Source of the DNA: Octopus sinensis | Taxonomy: Eukaryota | Reading direction: 5' to 3' | Assembly: GCF_006345805.1 (NCBI RefSeq) | Contig: NW_021833305.1 | Location: 1 to 64,000 of the forward strand | Length of the DNA stretch: 64,000 nt | Shown: positions 25,404 through 39,336 of the stretch, piece after piece | Layout: every line of letters starts with the position of its first letter | How positions within the stretch are numbered: the first letter of the stretch is position 1 | The notes under the pieces: model-generated | Database searches by the model: none | Seen by the model: only the letters and a program-made list of their open reading frames with translations | What the model was told of the DNA's origin: nothing | Made by a program: the position numbers and the translations under genes

Positions 25404-25849
25404 CGGTTTTTTTGACTATTTATTAAAATTTTATGTATTGATTAAGTCTTTCCTTGTTTGTTTTGCAAAATAGTGGTTTTGTCTCTAATAATATTTTATA
25501 ATATTTTACTATAAAATTGGATTTAATCCTAAATCTGATTTTTTCCCTGTAAATTTGGATTTATTCCCTAATATTTATTATATATATATATATACGCATG
25601 CATACATGGGTATATATGTATGTAAATGTACATGAATATATGACTTACGTATGTACATGTTCATAGTGAAACTGATTATATAGCACATGTATATAACACA
25701 TGTGCATGATGTACGCACAGACATTCCAAAACACACACAAACTTATGTGTACATGTGAGGGCAAGAGAATATATTTTGTTTCAGTGTATGTATGCATGTA
25801 TATAATACGTAAATATGTGCACCACACACACATATATACATATATATAT

Positions 25850-25893
<44 letters not shown>

Positions 25894-26748
25894 ATAAGTG
25901 AAATAGAAGATGAATAATCTTGTAGTAGATTAATCAAAAGTTTAACCGATATCTTAGTAGCAAAAATCACAGCAGTAAACAGCACGGTTGGAGGTACAAC
26001 CATATGGTGTTGCAACCGTGCGTTGGTGCGGATAATTGAAATTAAAACATTATTGGTGAATTGAAGAAATGGAGCTATATATATATATATATATACATAC
26101 ATATATATATTTATATATATATAAGCATGCGATTTATACACTCACAAGTATACATGCATGCACACACACATATATTTACATATGTATATATGTATTTACG
26201 AATTCCATATACGTATATATGCGTGAGTATAGTTGCGTGCATTTGTGCGTGTAATTATGAGCGTATATGCGTACTAAGAGATTTATAACTAAACAGAAAT
26301 TGAAGGAGAGATGGGGAGAGAGAGAGAGATTCCGTCCATTTTTATGTTCTTCCCTATGTTCCGAAAGAAGAGAGCTTCAGTAATTTCTTTTAGTAAAATA
26401 CGTAGTTTGTGACTTACCTTCGGTGTTCAATAGACTTTTATGATGCCATCCATGTTTGATGAGTGCCATACAAACGTGTATAATTTCTCTATATTTCACA
26501 ATGCTTCATTTCCCCCCTCTTTCTCTCTCTCTCTTTATCACACACGCACAGTTGCCCATTCGTGTACACACAGCCGTGCATACACACACGTACACGTACG
26601 GATATATGCATGCATACATGCAAACACAGAGGTATATGAATGTATGTATTATGTTTTGTGCATAGACCTATATACACACCTATATAATCGTGTGTATGTT
26701 TTGTACATGGGTGTTGTATGTACGCATGTATATATATATCTATTCTAT

Positions 26749-26780
<32 letters not shown>

Positions 26781-26864
26781 TATATATATATATATGTATA
26801 TATATATTGTTATATATATATATATATATATATACATATTATATACATATGTATATATAAATAC

Positions 26865-26899
<35 letters not shown>

Positions 26900-27454
26900 T
26901 ATATATATACGTATATATATATATACATATATATATATGTATGTATATGTGTATATATATATGTATATATATATATAAGGGACCAAAGTGTACGTACGCC
27001 GCTACATGTATATACATGTATGTCTTATGCATAGAAATTGAGGACTGGATTGATTTAAATGGAGGAACGAACAGTCATGTTTGAAAGAGGAAAATAAACT
27101 GTGATGAATGCATAGCCGAGATGATAAATTGATTCCAAATCCAGTCGACGGAAGTTCGTATTTTATGAGGTTTTCCTGGTGAGTTATTGTGAGTGTTATT
27201 TTTTTTTTATTTCTGCAGAATCAGTGAATACAAACTAAAGTAACACGTTACACCTGATTAGTAACATCAGAAATATACTAACAGGGATAATAATATCAGA
27301 AAGTTACGGCATGCAAAAAATTTAACAAGCGTGGCTGTAAGGTTAAAAGTTTGCTTCTCAACCACATGTCGTCTACTACAGCGTCAGGCAGACCAAAGCC
27401 TTGTGAGTAGATTTGGTAGACAGAAACTGAATGAATCCCGTCGAATGTATATAT

Positions 27455-27501
<47 letters not shown>

Positions 27502-27514
27502 ATATATATATATA

Positions 27515-27803
27515 AATAAATGAAAGAATGGAGTTGAACGACGATTTAACAAAATTCCTTTATTCTCGACATATGTTTCGAAGACTGCATATTCCTAATT
27601 TTGAAGGATAAGGGGTACATTATGCCGCCTTCTCATCAGGAAAGACAAGGAACTTATGTCAGCATCATGATGAACAAAGACTTTTAGATGTCTGCCCACA
27701 CGGAGTCCATAGCATGTAGTTGCAACCGTATTTTTCTGACGTGAATTTGCAACCCGGGTATCGGTTAACCGAATTATCCATACTAGGATAATTCATTCAA
27801 CTA

Positions 27804-27806
<3 letters not shown>
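27515..27806 (-). mobile_element. Same HHR-bearing element, copy B; HHR at 27564-27643
   Basis: Minus strand reads TTTC-CTGATGA-GAAGGC...GTCTTC-GAAA-CATATG-TC-GAGA, with a canonical GUC site. (TA)n on both sides. Confidence 0.8.
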
Positions 27807-27842
<36 letters not shown>

Positions 27843-28000
27843 TATATATATGCACACAGTGACCTCGAACCCACAAGAGTAAACAAGAGAGACAGAGAAA
27901 GGCAGAAACAAGGAAAATGCCACTTATATTTGAACAATACAAATATTCGTTTAAAAAAAATTTTATTTTAATTTTTCTAAATTTAATTATTTAATTGTTA

Positions 28001-28036
28001 CAGTTGAAAAGGTCTCAATGACTGAAACCGGTACTG
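28001..28036 (+). ncRNA. Minimal type I hammerhead with U3:A8 core variant
   Basis: CAG-TTGAAAA-GGTC-tcaat-GACT-GAAA-CCGG-TA-CTG; AT-rich flanks similar to the other Penelope-like ends in this window. Confidence 0.6.
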
Positions 28037-28684
28037 AAATGATGTTCTTTATAAAATTATTTTAGCATTTTCTATCCTGACTTGTTTTTTCATATATATA
28101 TATTTATATACCCACTCTTTTCTCCGTTTAACTACTTTAGTATATATGTATATATATATATATATATATCTCATACTCATGTACGCACATATCCAAAGCT
28201 AGACATACGCACACACGAGTGTGTTTGATCATTTGTAACTGATGGATGAGTCGACAATCCAACGTGCGATAGATAATGCACTCTCTCCACGCTCTCTTAC
28301 ATGACACCTTCCTAAAAACTGCCCTAACCTTAAAGTAGCCGCGATCACAGACTTTTAGCGTATTTACCTGCCGATCATAAATTGTAGAAATCACGGCCTT
28401 CATGGCCCCGGTTGGGTGTTATCTAACTTATTATTTAACCAGAAAATTTGGAGAGAGTGGGCAATTTGATCTCATGGACCCTAGCACTTGACTTCATTTT
28501 GTCAAAACCGAACGGCAAAGAAGGCAAAGTTAGACCCGGTGAGTTACCTGACGAAATGTCGATAAGCATTTTTCTCTGATGTGCTAGTGTTTCAAACAGC
28601 TCACTACCTTAATTATAAACCAATAACGATTTCCAATTGTGGCACAACGCTGACGATTTTAGCGAGCGCAGAGTGGCTGTGGGT

Positions 28685-29106
28685 AGGCGCAGGAGTGGCT
28701 CTGTGGTAAGTAGCTTGCTAACCAACCACATGGTTCCGGGTTCAGTCCCATTGCGTGGCATCTTGGGCAAGTGTCTTCTGCTGTAGCCCCGGGCCGACCA
28801 ATGTCTTGTGAGTGGATTTGGTAGACAGAAACTGAAAGAAGCCTGTCGTATATATGTATATATATACATAAGTGTGTGTGTATGTGTTTGTGTGTCTGTG
28901 TTTGTCGCCCTAGCGTTGCTTGACAACCGATGCTGGTGTGTTTACGTCCCCGTCACTTAGCGGTTCGGCAAAAAGAGACCGAAAGAATAAGTACTGGGCT
29001 TACAAAGAATAAGTCCCGGGGTCGATTTGCTCGACTAAAGGCGGTGCTCCAGCATGGCCACAGTCAAATGACTGAAACAAGTAAAAGAGTAAAAGAGTAA
29101 AAGAGA
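28685..29106 (+). mobile_element. SINE family A, full length
   Basis: Near-identical to 8285-8700; tail of (GTAAAAGA)n. Confidence 0.9.
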
Positions 29107-29737
29107 GAGAAGCAACTTCATGAGAGGAAAAATATGATATTGGGCTAAACTAAGAAAATGAAGACACGCATCGGGCCCCAAAATTCTTAATCCCCACGCC
29201 CTATAGATTCTATCTGTGCAAGTTTGAATATCGTAGCTTATTAGGATGTAGCAATTGCAAAGAGTGAAACAGTCGCCATTTTGCCTTCCGTCTCATTCCA
29301 TGCATCGACCATCAGAAGATACAATACGACAAGTTGTAACTAAAATATATTCGGACATATTCCACATCCAACACAAATCTCTAGTTCATATTTTATTATG
29401 CTCAATAATTCCTGAGTTTGGCGTATTTACAATTTCCTTACTTATAACTAAATAAATATATTTTTAATACCATATTGACTCTTTGCCACTGTGATATAAC
29501 TTGATTGATTAGACGATTGAGATTTTGATTAGCTTCGAACATTAAAAGCTTTTCGTAGAAACGTTAGTAAAGCTAGTTTTATTAGCTATATTACGTGTGA
29601 TTGCTATTTACGTGATCACTAGAATACTAGAAACTGCATTACCATGTTTGATATTTGATAAACTATATAGTTACATCGATGTGTCGCCATGAACAAACCT
29701 CTAAGCGCTAGCTCCAACAAATATATGTATGTATGTG

Positions 29738-29777
<40 letters not shown>

Positions 29778-30079
29778 GGATAGAGAGAGAGAGTGAGAGA
29801 GAAAGAGAAAAAGTGGTAAAAGGAAGAAAAAAGGAAAGAAAGGAAAAAAGAGGGATATAAAGAAAGCAAAGAGATATACATTGCTGGCCAAACCACACTT
29901 GTTTATTATTATTATGTTTATTTATTTTTTGCAGAGATCACCATCCTTTAACTCATTCCTATACAATGGTAACGGGAAAAAATGAATTGATAAATAAACG
30001 TATGGTGAGTAGGAATGTGATACACCTCTCTCTCTATTACTCTCCGCCCATTTGTCTATCTGTTGACTATCTCTCTACC

Positions 30080-30094
30080 CATTTATCAATCTAC

Positions 30095-30160
<66 letters not shown>

Positions 30161-30165
30161 GCCTG

Positions 30166-30199
<34 letters not shown>

Positions 30200-30412
30200 A
30201 ATATATCTATCTATCGATCTATTTATCTATCTATCTATCAATCTATCTATCTATCGATCTATTTATCTATCTATCTATTTATCCATCTACCCATCTATCA
30301 ATCAATCTATCTATCTATCTATCTACCCATCTATCAATCTATTTATATATCTATCTATCTATCTATCCATCTACCCATCTATCAATGTATCTATCTATCT
30401 ATCCATCTACCC

Positions 30413-30451
<39 letters not shown>

Positions 30452-30505
30452 CATCTACCCATCTATCAATCTATCTATCTATCATCTACCCATCTATCAA
30501 TCTAA

Positions 30506-30585
<80 letters not shown>

Positions 30586-30665
30586 ATATCTATCTATCTA
30601 CCCATCTATCAATCAATCTATCTACCTATCAATCTATTTATCTACCTACCTATATTTCTATCTAT
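30080..30665. repeat. (CTAT)n tetranucleotide microsatellite
   Basis: Direct reading. Confidence 0.95.
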
Positions 30666-31469
30666 CCGTCTCCATTGTCTTGGAAGCTCACCCCAAAAAA
30701 CAAAATCCATGTTGTCTTGTAAACAAACCCACCAAAAAATATGTTTTATAAAAATGAACAAGCTGTTTCTACATTCACAAAATTTTATTTGAGAAGGTCT
30801 AGAGAGGAACGAAAGCGCTATTAATAATGAAGAAATAAAAGGATTTAAATACTAGATACACCCCATGAATAAACGAATAAAACGAACTTGTACCACGGGT
30901 ATACAGATGCCACTTCTATCCATTTTTGTTCTGAGTCGAAATCGAACCAGGTCGCTTTATTTTACTCTCTTCAGAAAATATCTGTTAAATTCTAATAGCA
31001 ATACAAATTTGTACCAGTGATGAACTGATGTTAATTGAATCTAATGAAATCCACCATTAAAACTCTCTGGTATCCTGCCATTATGAGAAATCATCATATT
31101 ACCCGATTGTTTAAAAAAATTCCATTGAAGAAGAATTCCTCAAATATTTGCCAACGTTAGTTTATTGTGAAATTTCAAAAGTTCTTAATTAAATTTCACA
31201 CTCCACCACCTGCACACTGACCCTTAAACTATCACAATAATATTTGAGATTTCGAAACTGCACAGCCGCCGCCTCCACCGTCGCTTCGAAAATCAAGTGT
31301 TAATAAAACTACAACTGCTGCCACCGCCACCACCACTACCGCCGCCGCCGACGCCGCCAAACTGAGATAATGCTTTCAATAACACGACCTATACTACTAC
31401 TACTACCAAAACCACCACCACCACCACCACCACTACTACTACTCCTAATACTACTACTACTACTACTAT

Positions 31470-31515
<46 letters not shown>

Positions 31516-31883
31516 GCTACTACCAAAACCACCACCACCGCTACTACTACTAACGCTAACATTCGCACCGCTGTCGCCATCCTATTACCAGCATTTGTAG
31601 CAGCACCACTACAACCACATGGTGGTGGTGGTGGTGATGGAGATGGTAATGACAGAGGTGGTAGTGGTGGTGGTGGTGGAGGAGGCGACGGTGGTGGTGG
31701 TGTTCATAGTGAAGGTGCTGTTGGTGGTGACGGCGCTGGTGCTGGTGGAGATGACTGTAGCACATGCACTATGTTCTAAAACAATAAATCCTGAGGTCGA
31801 TTCGTTCGACTAAAGTCCTTCAAGGCAGTGCCCCAGTATGGCCTCACCCAAGTAACTGAAAGATATAAAAGAAAAAAGAAATG

Positions 31884-32280
31884 TTTATATATAAAAGAGA
31901 AGTTTTGTGTCTGTCTCCTACGATTTAGATTCCTAACTACTCCCACATTTTGCGGTGCAGTTTAACCAAAACCGGGTATCTTATAGTCGTGATTCATATC
32001 GAGCCCTTCTGGTTATGAGCGCGCGTCTACGATGAGTCTACGATTAAAAAAAAAAATTACCATAATTTTTTTTCATTTTCATGCGTTTTTTTCGCTATTA
32101 TATAAGGGAAGTAACTCTCTAAAAATGTCTACGATGAATCAACGATTTAAAAAAAAAATTACTATAATTTTTTTTCCATTTTTAGTGCATTTTTTTGCTA
32201 TTTTTTGGCTATAACTCTCTAAAAATGCTTATATAGTTATTTCCCTTACAAACCCGAGCAACGCCGGGCGATACTGCTAG
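31884..32280 (+). mobile_element. Non-autonomous Helitron with an internal ~100-bp duplication
   Basis: 3' hairpin CCCGAGCAACGCCGGG (32253-32268) then CTAG|T (32277-32281); 5' TTTATATATAAAA...GTGTCTGTC; duplicated GTCTACGATGA...AACTCTCTAAAAATG. Confidence 0.8.
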
Positions 32281-32660
32281 TAATTAATATTTTAACCACG
32301 ACTCGTCGCCAATCTCTCTTAAAGGCTATCAACACGCGTTCACGACTCCGTATCTGATTATACTCGCGCCATATCGCCACCGGACCATATCGATTCCAGT
32401 AACCAATCATCCACGCGAATGCTACACTGCCCCCCACCTCGACACACGAAATCAGACTCACACCGAGTCATTGTCGACTGTTCATTGAGGCATGTCAACA
32501 CAGCAAGGTAATGTCTTCCCTACATGAGATAATTAATTTTAATTCTCTAGCGCTAAAGGCAGCTCCAGCATCATTGATCTTGCCTTTAAAAATAGACGTA
32601 TTTATCCCCGACATAAACACACGAACACCACATATTTAACGCAATAATCATAAACCACAA

Positions 32661-33142
32661 GGCGGCGAGCTGGCAGAATCGTTAGCACGCTGGGCGAAAT
32701 GCGTAGCCGTAATTCGTCTGCCGTTACGTTCTGAGTTCAAATTCCGCCGAGGTAGACTTTGCCTTTCATCATTTCGGGGTCGATAAATTAAGTACCTGTT
32801 ACACACTTCGGTCGATATAATCGACTTAATCTGTTTGTCTGTCCTTGTTTGTCCTCTCTGTGTTTAACCACTTGTGGGTAGTAAAGATTAGTATTTCGTC
32901 TGCCACTACGTTCCGAGTTCAAATTCCGCCGAGGTCGATCTTGCCTTTCATCCTTTCGGGGTCGATTAAATAAGTACCAGTTACACACTGGTGTCGATAT
33001 AATCGACTTAATCCGTTCGTCTTTCCTTGTTTTCCCCCTCTGTCTTTAGCCCCTTGTAGGTAGCAAAGAAATAGGCATTTCGACTATCTTTACGTTCTGA
33101 GTTCAAATTCCGCCGAGGTCGACTTTGCCTTTCATCCATTCG
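32661..33142 (+). mobile_element. SINE family B with the internal unit tandemly repeated (~3x)
   Basis: TTTCG...TACGTTC.GAGTTCAAATTCCGCCGAGGT recurs three times. Confidence 0.85.
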
Positions 33143-35662
33143 CTAGCGGCAGAACACACTGATCATTTTTAACAATTCCTAAAATGGTTTTCCTCTTAAC
33201 CCGGACTTCTCCGAACCGTGACTTCTATGAAAACACCCAAAAGCGAAGATGAATGTCTTGTGAAAAACCTATCAAATCTATCGTCCAAGGGAAGTCAAAA
33301 TGCATCCCACTGCTTTCTTCACAATTTCCACCGACCAAATTTTAAGGTCGAAAAGTAATTTACAAAGCATGTCGCGGTGGGATCTGAACCCAGAAACTTG
33401 TAGTTCAAACTAAAAGCTCCTGATTCATACAGGCATTCTTCGGAAGTAATTCAAAGAAGAAAAAAAAATACACAGAAAATATTGAAACTGCAATATTTCT
33501 TAACATTAATATCAAATTGTGAAGATGAAAGATTTTAAAATATTGATATGTTCACAACGTTTCTTCATATTTGATTTTCCATCGTTATCAGATAAATTTT
33601 TCTTAGATAAAGTAAATTATGAGTAGAGAAACAAATTCCGTATGCAAACATTAAAAAGAAAATGATAAAGTTCTTTCTTTATTAAGAGAGATTTTATTCT
33701 TTGTTCCATACTGTAAGAAGAACACGAACAGCAATTTCGAGCAAGCCCCCTTGAAATATGATCATTTCAAGCTACAAAAAGTTAAGCACACAAATTTAGA
33801 TTAAGGAGTAACAGTTGATTCGTTCCCCATCAAATTGCTAACGTTGTGTCTAAATCAAAAACCTTCAGAAGCTACAGTTATTTATTTCAAGAGATAAGCT
33901 CTACAGAGTCCTCAGATTGTTGGTGAACATTATTTGTATTTATTCTGCCGGTTCTTTACACTCTGATTTAAAAGCCTAACGCAGTTGACTTGGCCTTTCT
34001 TTCCCCCAGAGGAAATACAACGAAGTTCCGGTCTAGTACGCATCCTCTCAAAACTGTTAGCCTTTTAACTAAAGTAGAACACTTTATTTGTTTATTTCTC
34101 TTTGGAGACAGATAAAACTATTCACCTACTTCCTTCCTATAGACATCACCACGTATCTACGATCACCCATTGCCTGTTTCAACAATTACCTTAAACGAAT
34201 CTCATTGTTATTTATGAGCTAAGCTTTGAGAAAATAGGTTTATATTCCAATACTTGGATATGCGCATTAAACCGGACGGGATTGAAATGAAGAAAATATA
34301 TTTCTGAATTAAGTGTAGTGATATTTTAATATACATCAAATTTAAGTCACCAAGCTGGCAAAATCCTTAGTACGCCATTTAAAACGCTTAACGATCTGAG
34401 TTCAAATTCTGCCGACGTCAAATGTGTCTCTCATCTTTTCGGACTTTGTCTCTTATCATTTGAGCATGGGGGACGATGTAATCGATTTATATCCTACCGC
34501 AAACGAATGTACACTTGACTACACCGAGTCATGATATCTACAGGTCTCACGCCATTCACAAAGTAATGTCGAAGAACAGTAAAACCTTAATTTATCGACC
34601 CCGAAAGGATGAAAGACTTTGCGTTTCATCCTTTCGGAGTCGATAAATTAAATACCAGTTACGCATTGGGTGTAATCGACTTAATCCGTTTATCTGTCCT
34701 TGTTTGTACCCTCTGTGTTTAGCTCCTTGTGTGTAGTAAACAAATAGCTATTTAGTTTAGCAATCCTGAAAACTTGAAAGGCATAACCGATCCTGCCGGA
34801 ATTTTAACTCAGAACGTAAGGACGAAATACTGCTAAGCATTTCACCCGATGTGTGAGCAATTCGTTCATCTCACAGTCCTATTTATATTTATATACTTTG
34901 TATATATTACATATATCGTAGTACAAACGAGAGCAATATATTTCAAAAGAGGCATATATATCAATAATTGTCAATCAGTAGAAGCTACGATGTTACTGAG
35001 AGATCGATAGTTTGTCAATGAGTCTTATCAATATTTACTAGGTGCCCTGAACGGAACACTCGGCCGCGCATTATTTTTTAACCATTAGCCAATCAAAACT
35101 AACACACACACACACACATACACATACACATACACTTAATCACGTACACACACATACATATGCAATAAATTCATACCCCTCACACACTCACACACACAAA
35201 TACACACACAAACACACACATATATACACATATGTTCTGTTTTCGTCTAACAAATTCTACCAGCCATTGGTCAACCTGCTCTCCAACTTATTATCTTCTC
35301 CATTATTACAATCTTCATCATACTACGACCATTACCATCGCATCAATTTTGGCATCATATTCCTATCCTTTGTATTCTTCCCTTTATTCTCTTTAATTTT
35401 CTTGTCAATATTACAACTATTGTTTGTTGTTGATGCTGCCGCTGTAGTTTTGGCAATTATACTATCCCCTTTTTCTTTCCATTTTTCGATGCAACCGCGC
35501 ATTCTCTTTCAATATGATTGTTGGTGATACCATGTGATTCTCCAAGATGTTTGATGCATTCAATCGTTCCACGAAGTCTTTTCAGAGACGATTATTTGGC
35601 CGTTTCGTTTTTATTTATTTTTGTTCGTTAGTTTTCAAACATTACTTGTTTAGCAGTATTGT

Positions 35663-35725
<63 letters not shown>

Positions 35726-36013
35726 TTCATTTATTCATTTGTTTATTTATTTGTGGACAAGATGGTGGTATTAACAACTGCAATTTCATTCATTGTTGCG
35801 CTGCATTCAATTACAATATGAAAACATCATCAGAAAATTAAAAATTCCAAACTTTGTTGAAGGTTATACCATAGAAGTATTGTGCTTCTTAGAGAGTGGG
35901 AGAGACAAAAAACTTGCTTCAGAAATCAGATTGAAATAAATGTCAATACAAATTAGGATTTGCTCTGGCAGCAGAGAAGAAACGGCTGATTGGCTAATAT
36001 ACATAACTGCTGG

Positions 36014-36954
36014 TTTATAGCAAATAAAAACCAGAATCCGAGCAAATGAAGATACTATATATTTTCAGGGCTACTATAAACATTTTAATGTTATTAATTC
36101 TGTCAAGAAATCATAGTTCAAGACTTCGATTTCACTGAAAGAAACTTACCAGAGCCTCCGCGTCTGTCTTTGGGCTACTCTGTATATTTATAGCTACTCT
36201 GTATATTTATAGCAAATAAAAACCAGAATCCGAGCAAATGAAGATACTATATATTTTCAGGGCTACTATAAACATTTTAAAGTTATTAATTCTATCAAGA
36301 AATCATAGTTCAAGACTTCGATTTCATTGAAGAAAACTTACCAGAGCCTCCGCGTCTGTCTTTGGGCTATTCTGTATATTTATAGCTACTCTGTATATTT
36401 ATAGCAAATAAAAACCAGAATCCGAGCAAATGAAGATACTATATATTTTCAGGGCTACTATAAACATTTCAAATTATTAATTTTGTCAAGAAATCATAGT
36501 TCAGACTTCGATTTCACTGAAAGAAACTTACAGAGCCTCCGCGTCTGTCTTTGGGCTACTCTGTATATTTATAGCTACTCTGTATATTTATAGCAAATAA
36601 AAACCAGAATCCGAGCAAATGAAGATACTATATATTTTCAGGGCTACTATAAACATTTTAAAGTTATTAATTCTATCAAGAAATCATAGTTCAAGACTTC
36701 GATTTCATTGAAGAAAACTTACCAGAGCCTCCGCGTCTGTCTTTGGGCTATTCTGTATATTTATAGCTACTCTGTATATTTATAGCAAATAAAAACCAGG
36801 ATCCGAGCAAATGAAGATACTATATATTTTCAGGGCTACTATAAACATTTCAAATTTATTAATTTTGTCAAGAAATCATAGTTCAAGACTTCGATTTCAC
36901 TGAAGAAAACTTACCAGAGCCTCCGCGTCTGTCTTTGGGCTACTCTGTATATTT
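36014..36954. repeat. Tandem array of ~4.9 x 192 bp with alternating variants
   Basis: TAGCAAATAAAAACCAG recurs at 36018, 36210, 36402, 36591 and 36783; each junction has an internal 18-bp duplication GCTACTCTGTATATTTATA. Confidence 0.95.
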
Positions 36955-37439
36955 CATATTTTCTTCAACACAAAATATCTTCGTTGTAAGTAACTCTATG
37001 CGTAGTTTCACAGCCACAGATCCTGAGAGAATGCAAGTGTTTCGGCACTTAACTCTTTACCCTCTGGATAATCCTCAAAGGGTTATTCATACTGAATGTT
37101 TAAGGTTATGTTAGAGTCAAGTTATTTGGGCTGTTGTAAGTAGTTTAGTCTTGAACTCTGTTTAGATGTAGAGTAAAATATACCTTTTGAATTTCAGATT
37201 TTCCTCCTTATCTTGATGTAGTTGAAAATTTCACAGGGCCTTTTCTCAATACTTTAAGAGCCCTGGTAAGAGCCTTTTCGGGAGACCCAAGCAAATTATC
37301 CCGCAGAGACATTCGCTATAAACACTATGGCAACGTCATTGCTTTGGAAGGCTAATTAATATATTTTTGTTCCATAGGCTTCTATCTGTTAACATTGGTT
37401 TCAAATTTTGGCTCAGGGCTAAGCAGTTTTGTACAAAGA

Positions 37440-37855
37440 AGGAAATCGATTTAATTGACCCACGTGCTCAACTGATACTTGTTTCATCGACCCTGAATGA
37501 ATGAAAGGCACGTTTGACCTCGGGGCCGTTTGTACTCAGAACGTAAAGACGAACGAAATACCTATTTCTATTTCTTTATTACCCACAAGGGGCTAAACAC
37601 AGAGGGGACAAACAAGGACAGACATAGGTATTAAGTCGATTACATAGACCCCAGTGCATAACTGGTACTTAATTTATCGACCCCGAAAGGATGAAAGGCA
37701 AAGTCGACCTCGGCGGAATTTGAACTCACAACGTAACGCAGACGAAATACCGCTAAGCATTTCGCCCGGCGTGCTAACGTTTCTGCCAGCTCGACGAACG
37801 AAATACCGTTAAGCAATTTGCCCGGCATAATAACGATTCTGGATGCTGCCCGCCT
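37440..37855 (-). mobile_element. SINE family B composite. Further B-like pieces: ~34360-34850, 40930-41350, 42240-42460, 44395-44580
   Basis: Reverse complement of family B with a repeated unit. Confidence 0.8.
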
Positions 37856-38283
37856 CAATCTATATGGCTAGGTGAAGCCAACCCTAAGAGCAATGTTATG
37901 TACGTTTACAATACGTAATATAATGGAAATATATATTCTATGGTATGAAAATAGGTGTGGAGTAGAACTAGAGCAAAATATTTCATTGAAGTCTAAATAG
38001 ACAAAACAGAACTTGCCTATCTTAATGGTGATTATTATTTTCTTTTTTAGATGCCACAGCGTTAATTAGTAGATGAAAGCCAAATTTAATGACGATTCTC
38101 CTTTTCCAAAACCTTTGAAATTATACTCGAAAACAGGGATAATTATCCTCTGACGGAAAGCTAGTCAAAATACTTTAAACAGAATGGATATTGGCAAAAT
38201 GCCTGAGGCCCTGGTTATTATGTTTGACTAGAGATCAATCATATCTCTCGCCCGAAAACAAGCGATAGGTGTACATGTTCAAA

Positions 38284-38332
<49 letters not shown>

Positions 38333-38422
38333 GCTCGCTTTTTTTAACATGTACGCTTATAATATATTTAAAGATAGACAGACTGACAGAGACAGGCAGG
38401 CATATAGATAGGTAATATATAT

Positions 38423-38490
<68 letters not shown>

Positions 38491-38664
38491 ATGTGTGTAT
38501 GTGTGTGTGTGTGCGTGTGTGTGTATCTAGCTATCTATCTATACATACATATATATATATATATATAGATAGATAGATGCATACATACATACATACATAC
38601 CTAGACATATAGATAGATATATAGACAGACAGATAGACAGATAAATAGACAGATGGGCGAATAC

Positions 38665-38749
<85 letters not shown>

Positions 38750-38820
38750 CAGATAGATAGACAGGTTTTCAACCACCAAGCAATTGAACAGTGAACCTAG
38801 TGTCGTTCATGGGGTGATCA

Positions 38821-38856
<36 letters not shown>

Positions 38857-39336
38857 TGTGTGCTTCATACAGCGTTAAGAGGTTTTAACTCTTATGTCTG
38901 CAATACAGGTACTTAGGTCCCCTTAATGGTAGTCAATGATGATAAAGTTTTTCTTTAAGGATATTATATTCTTCCTATCTGTTCATATTAATTTTAATAC
39001 ACACACACATATATATATTTATTTATATATACACACACACACACGTATATATATATATATATATGCATGTTGTGAAAATTCTTTAGCGCCATTTTAGTCT
39101 GTGTTTCTCCATTCAAATTCCACCGGGGTCGAAATTAAGGCCCAGCACCTTCGCTCAAAAGTTCAAGCGTTGTGCCTATCGGAAAAAGGTTATTTATTCA
39201 AGGCAATTCTGTGTAAAACACAACGAGATAGGGAAATATTTATCAATGTTAAACTAGATTCCGCAGTTCCAGCATAATTGGCATATATATTCTTGCTGTT
39301 TCCGGACTCGTCATAGTTTAAGGGCAAAGTTTGTCA

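Noticed and set aside
26345-26385. Remnant similar to the 60.9-kb HHR family
   Set aside because: Core and GAAA are lost; too degenerate to call.
35035-35070. ACTAG plus a short hairpin as a minus-strand Helitron end
   Set aside because: The hairpin abuts CTAG without the usual spacer, and no matching 5' end was found.
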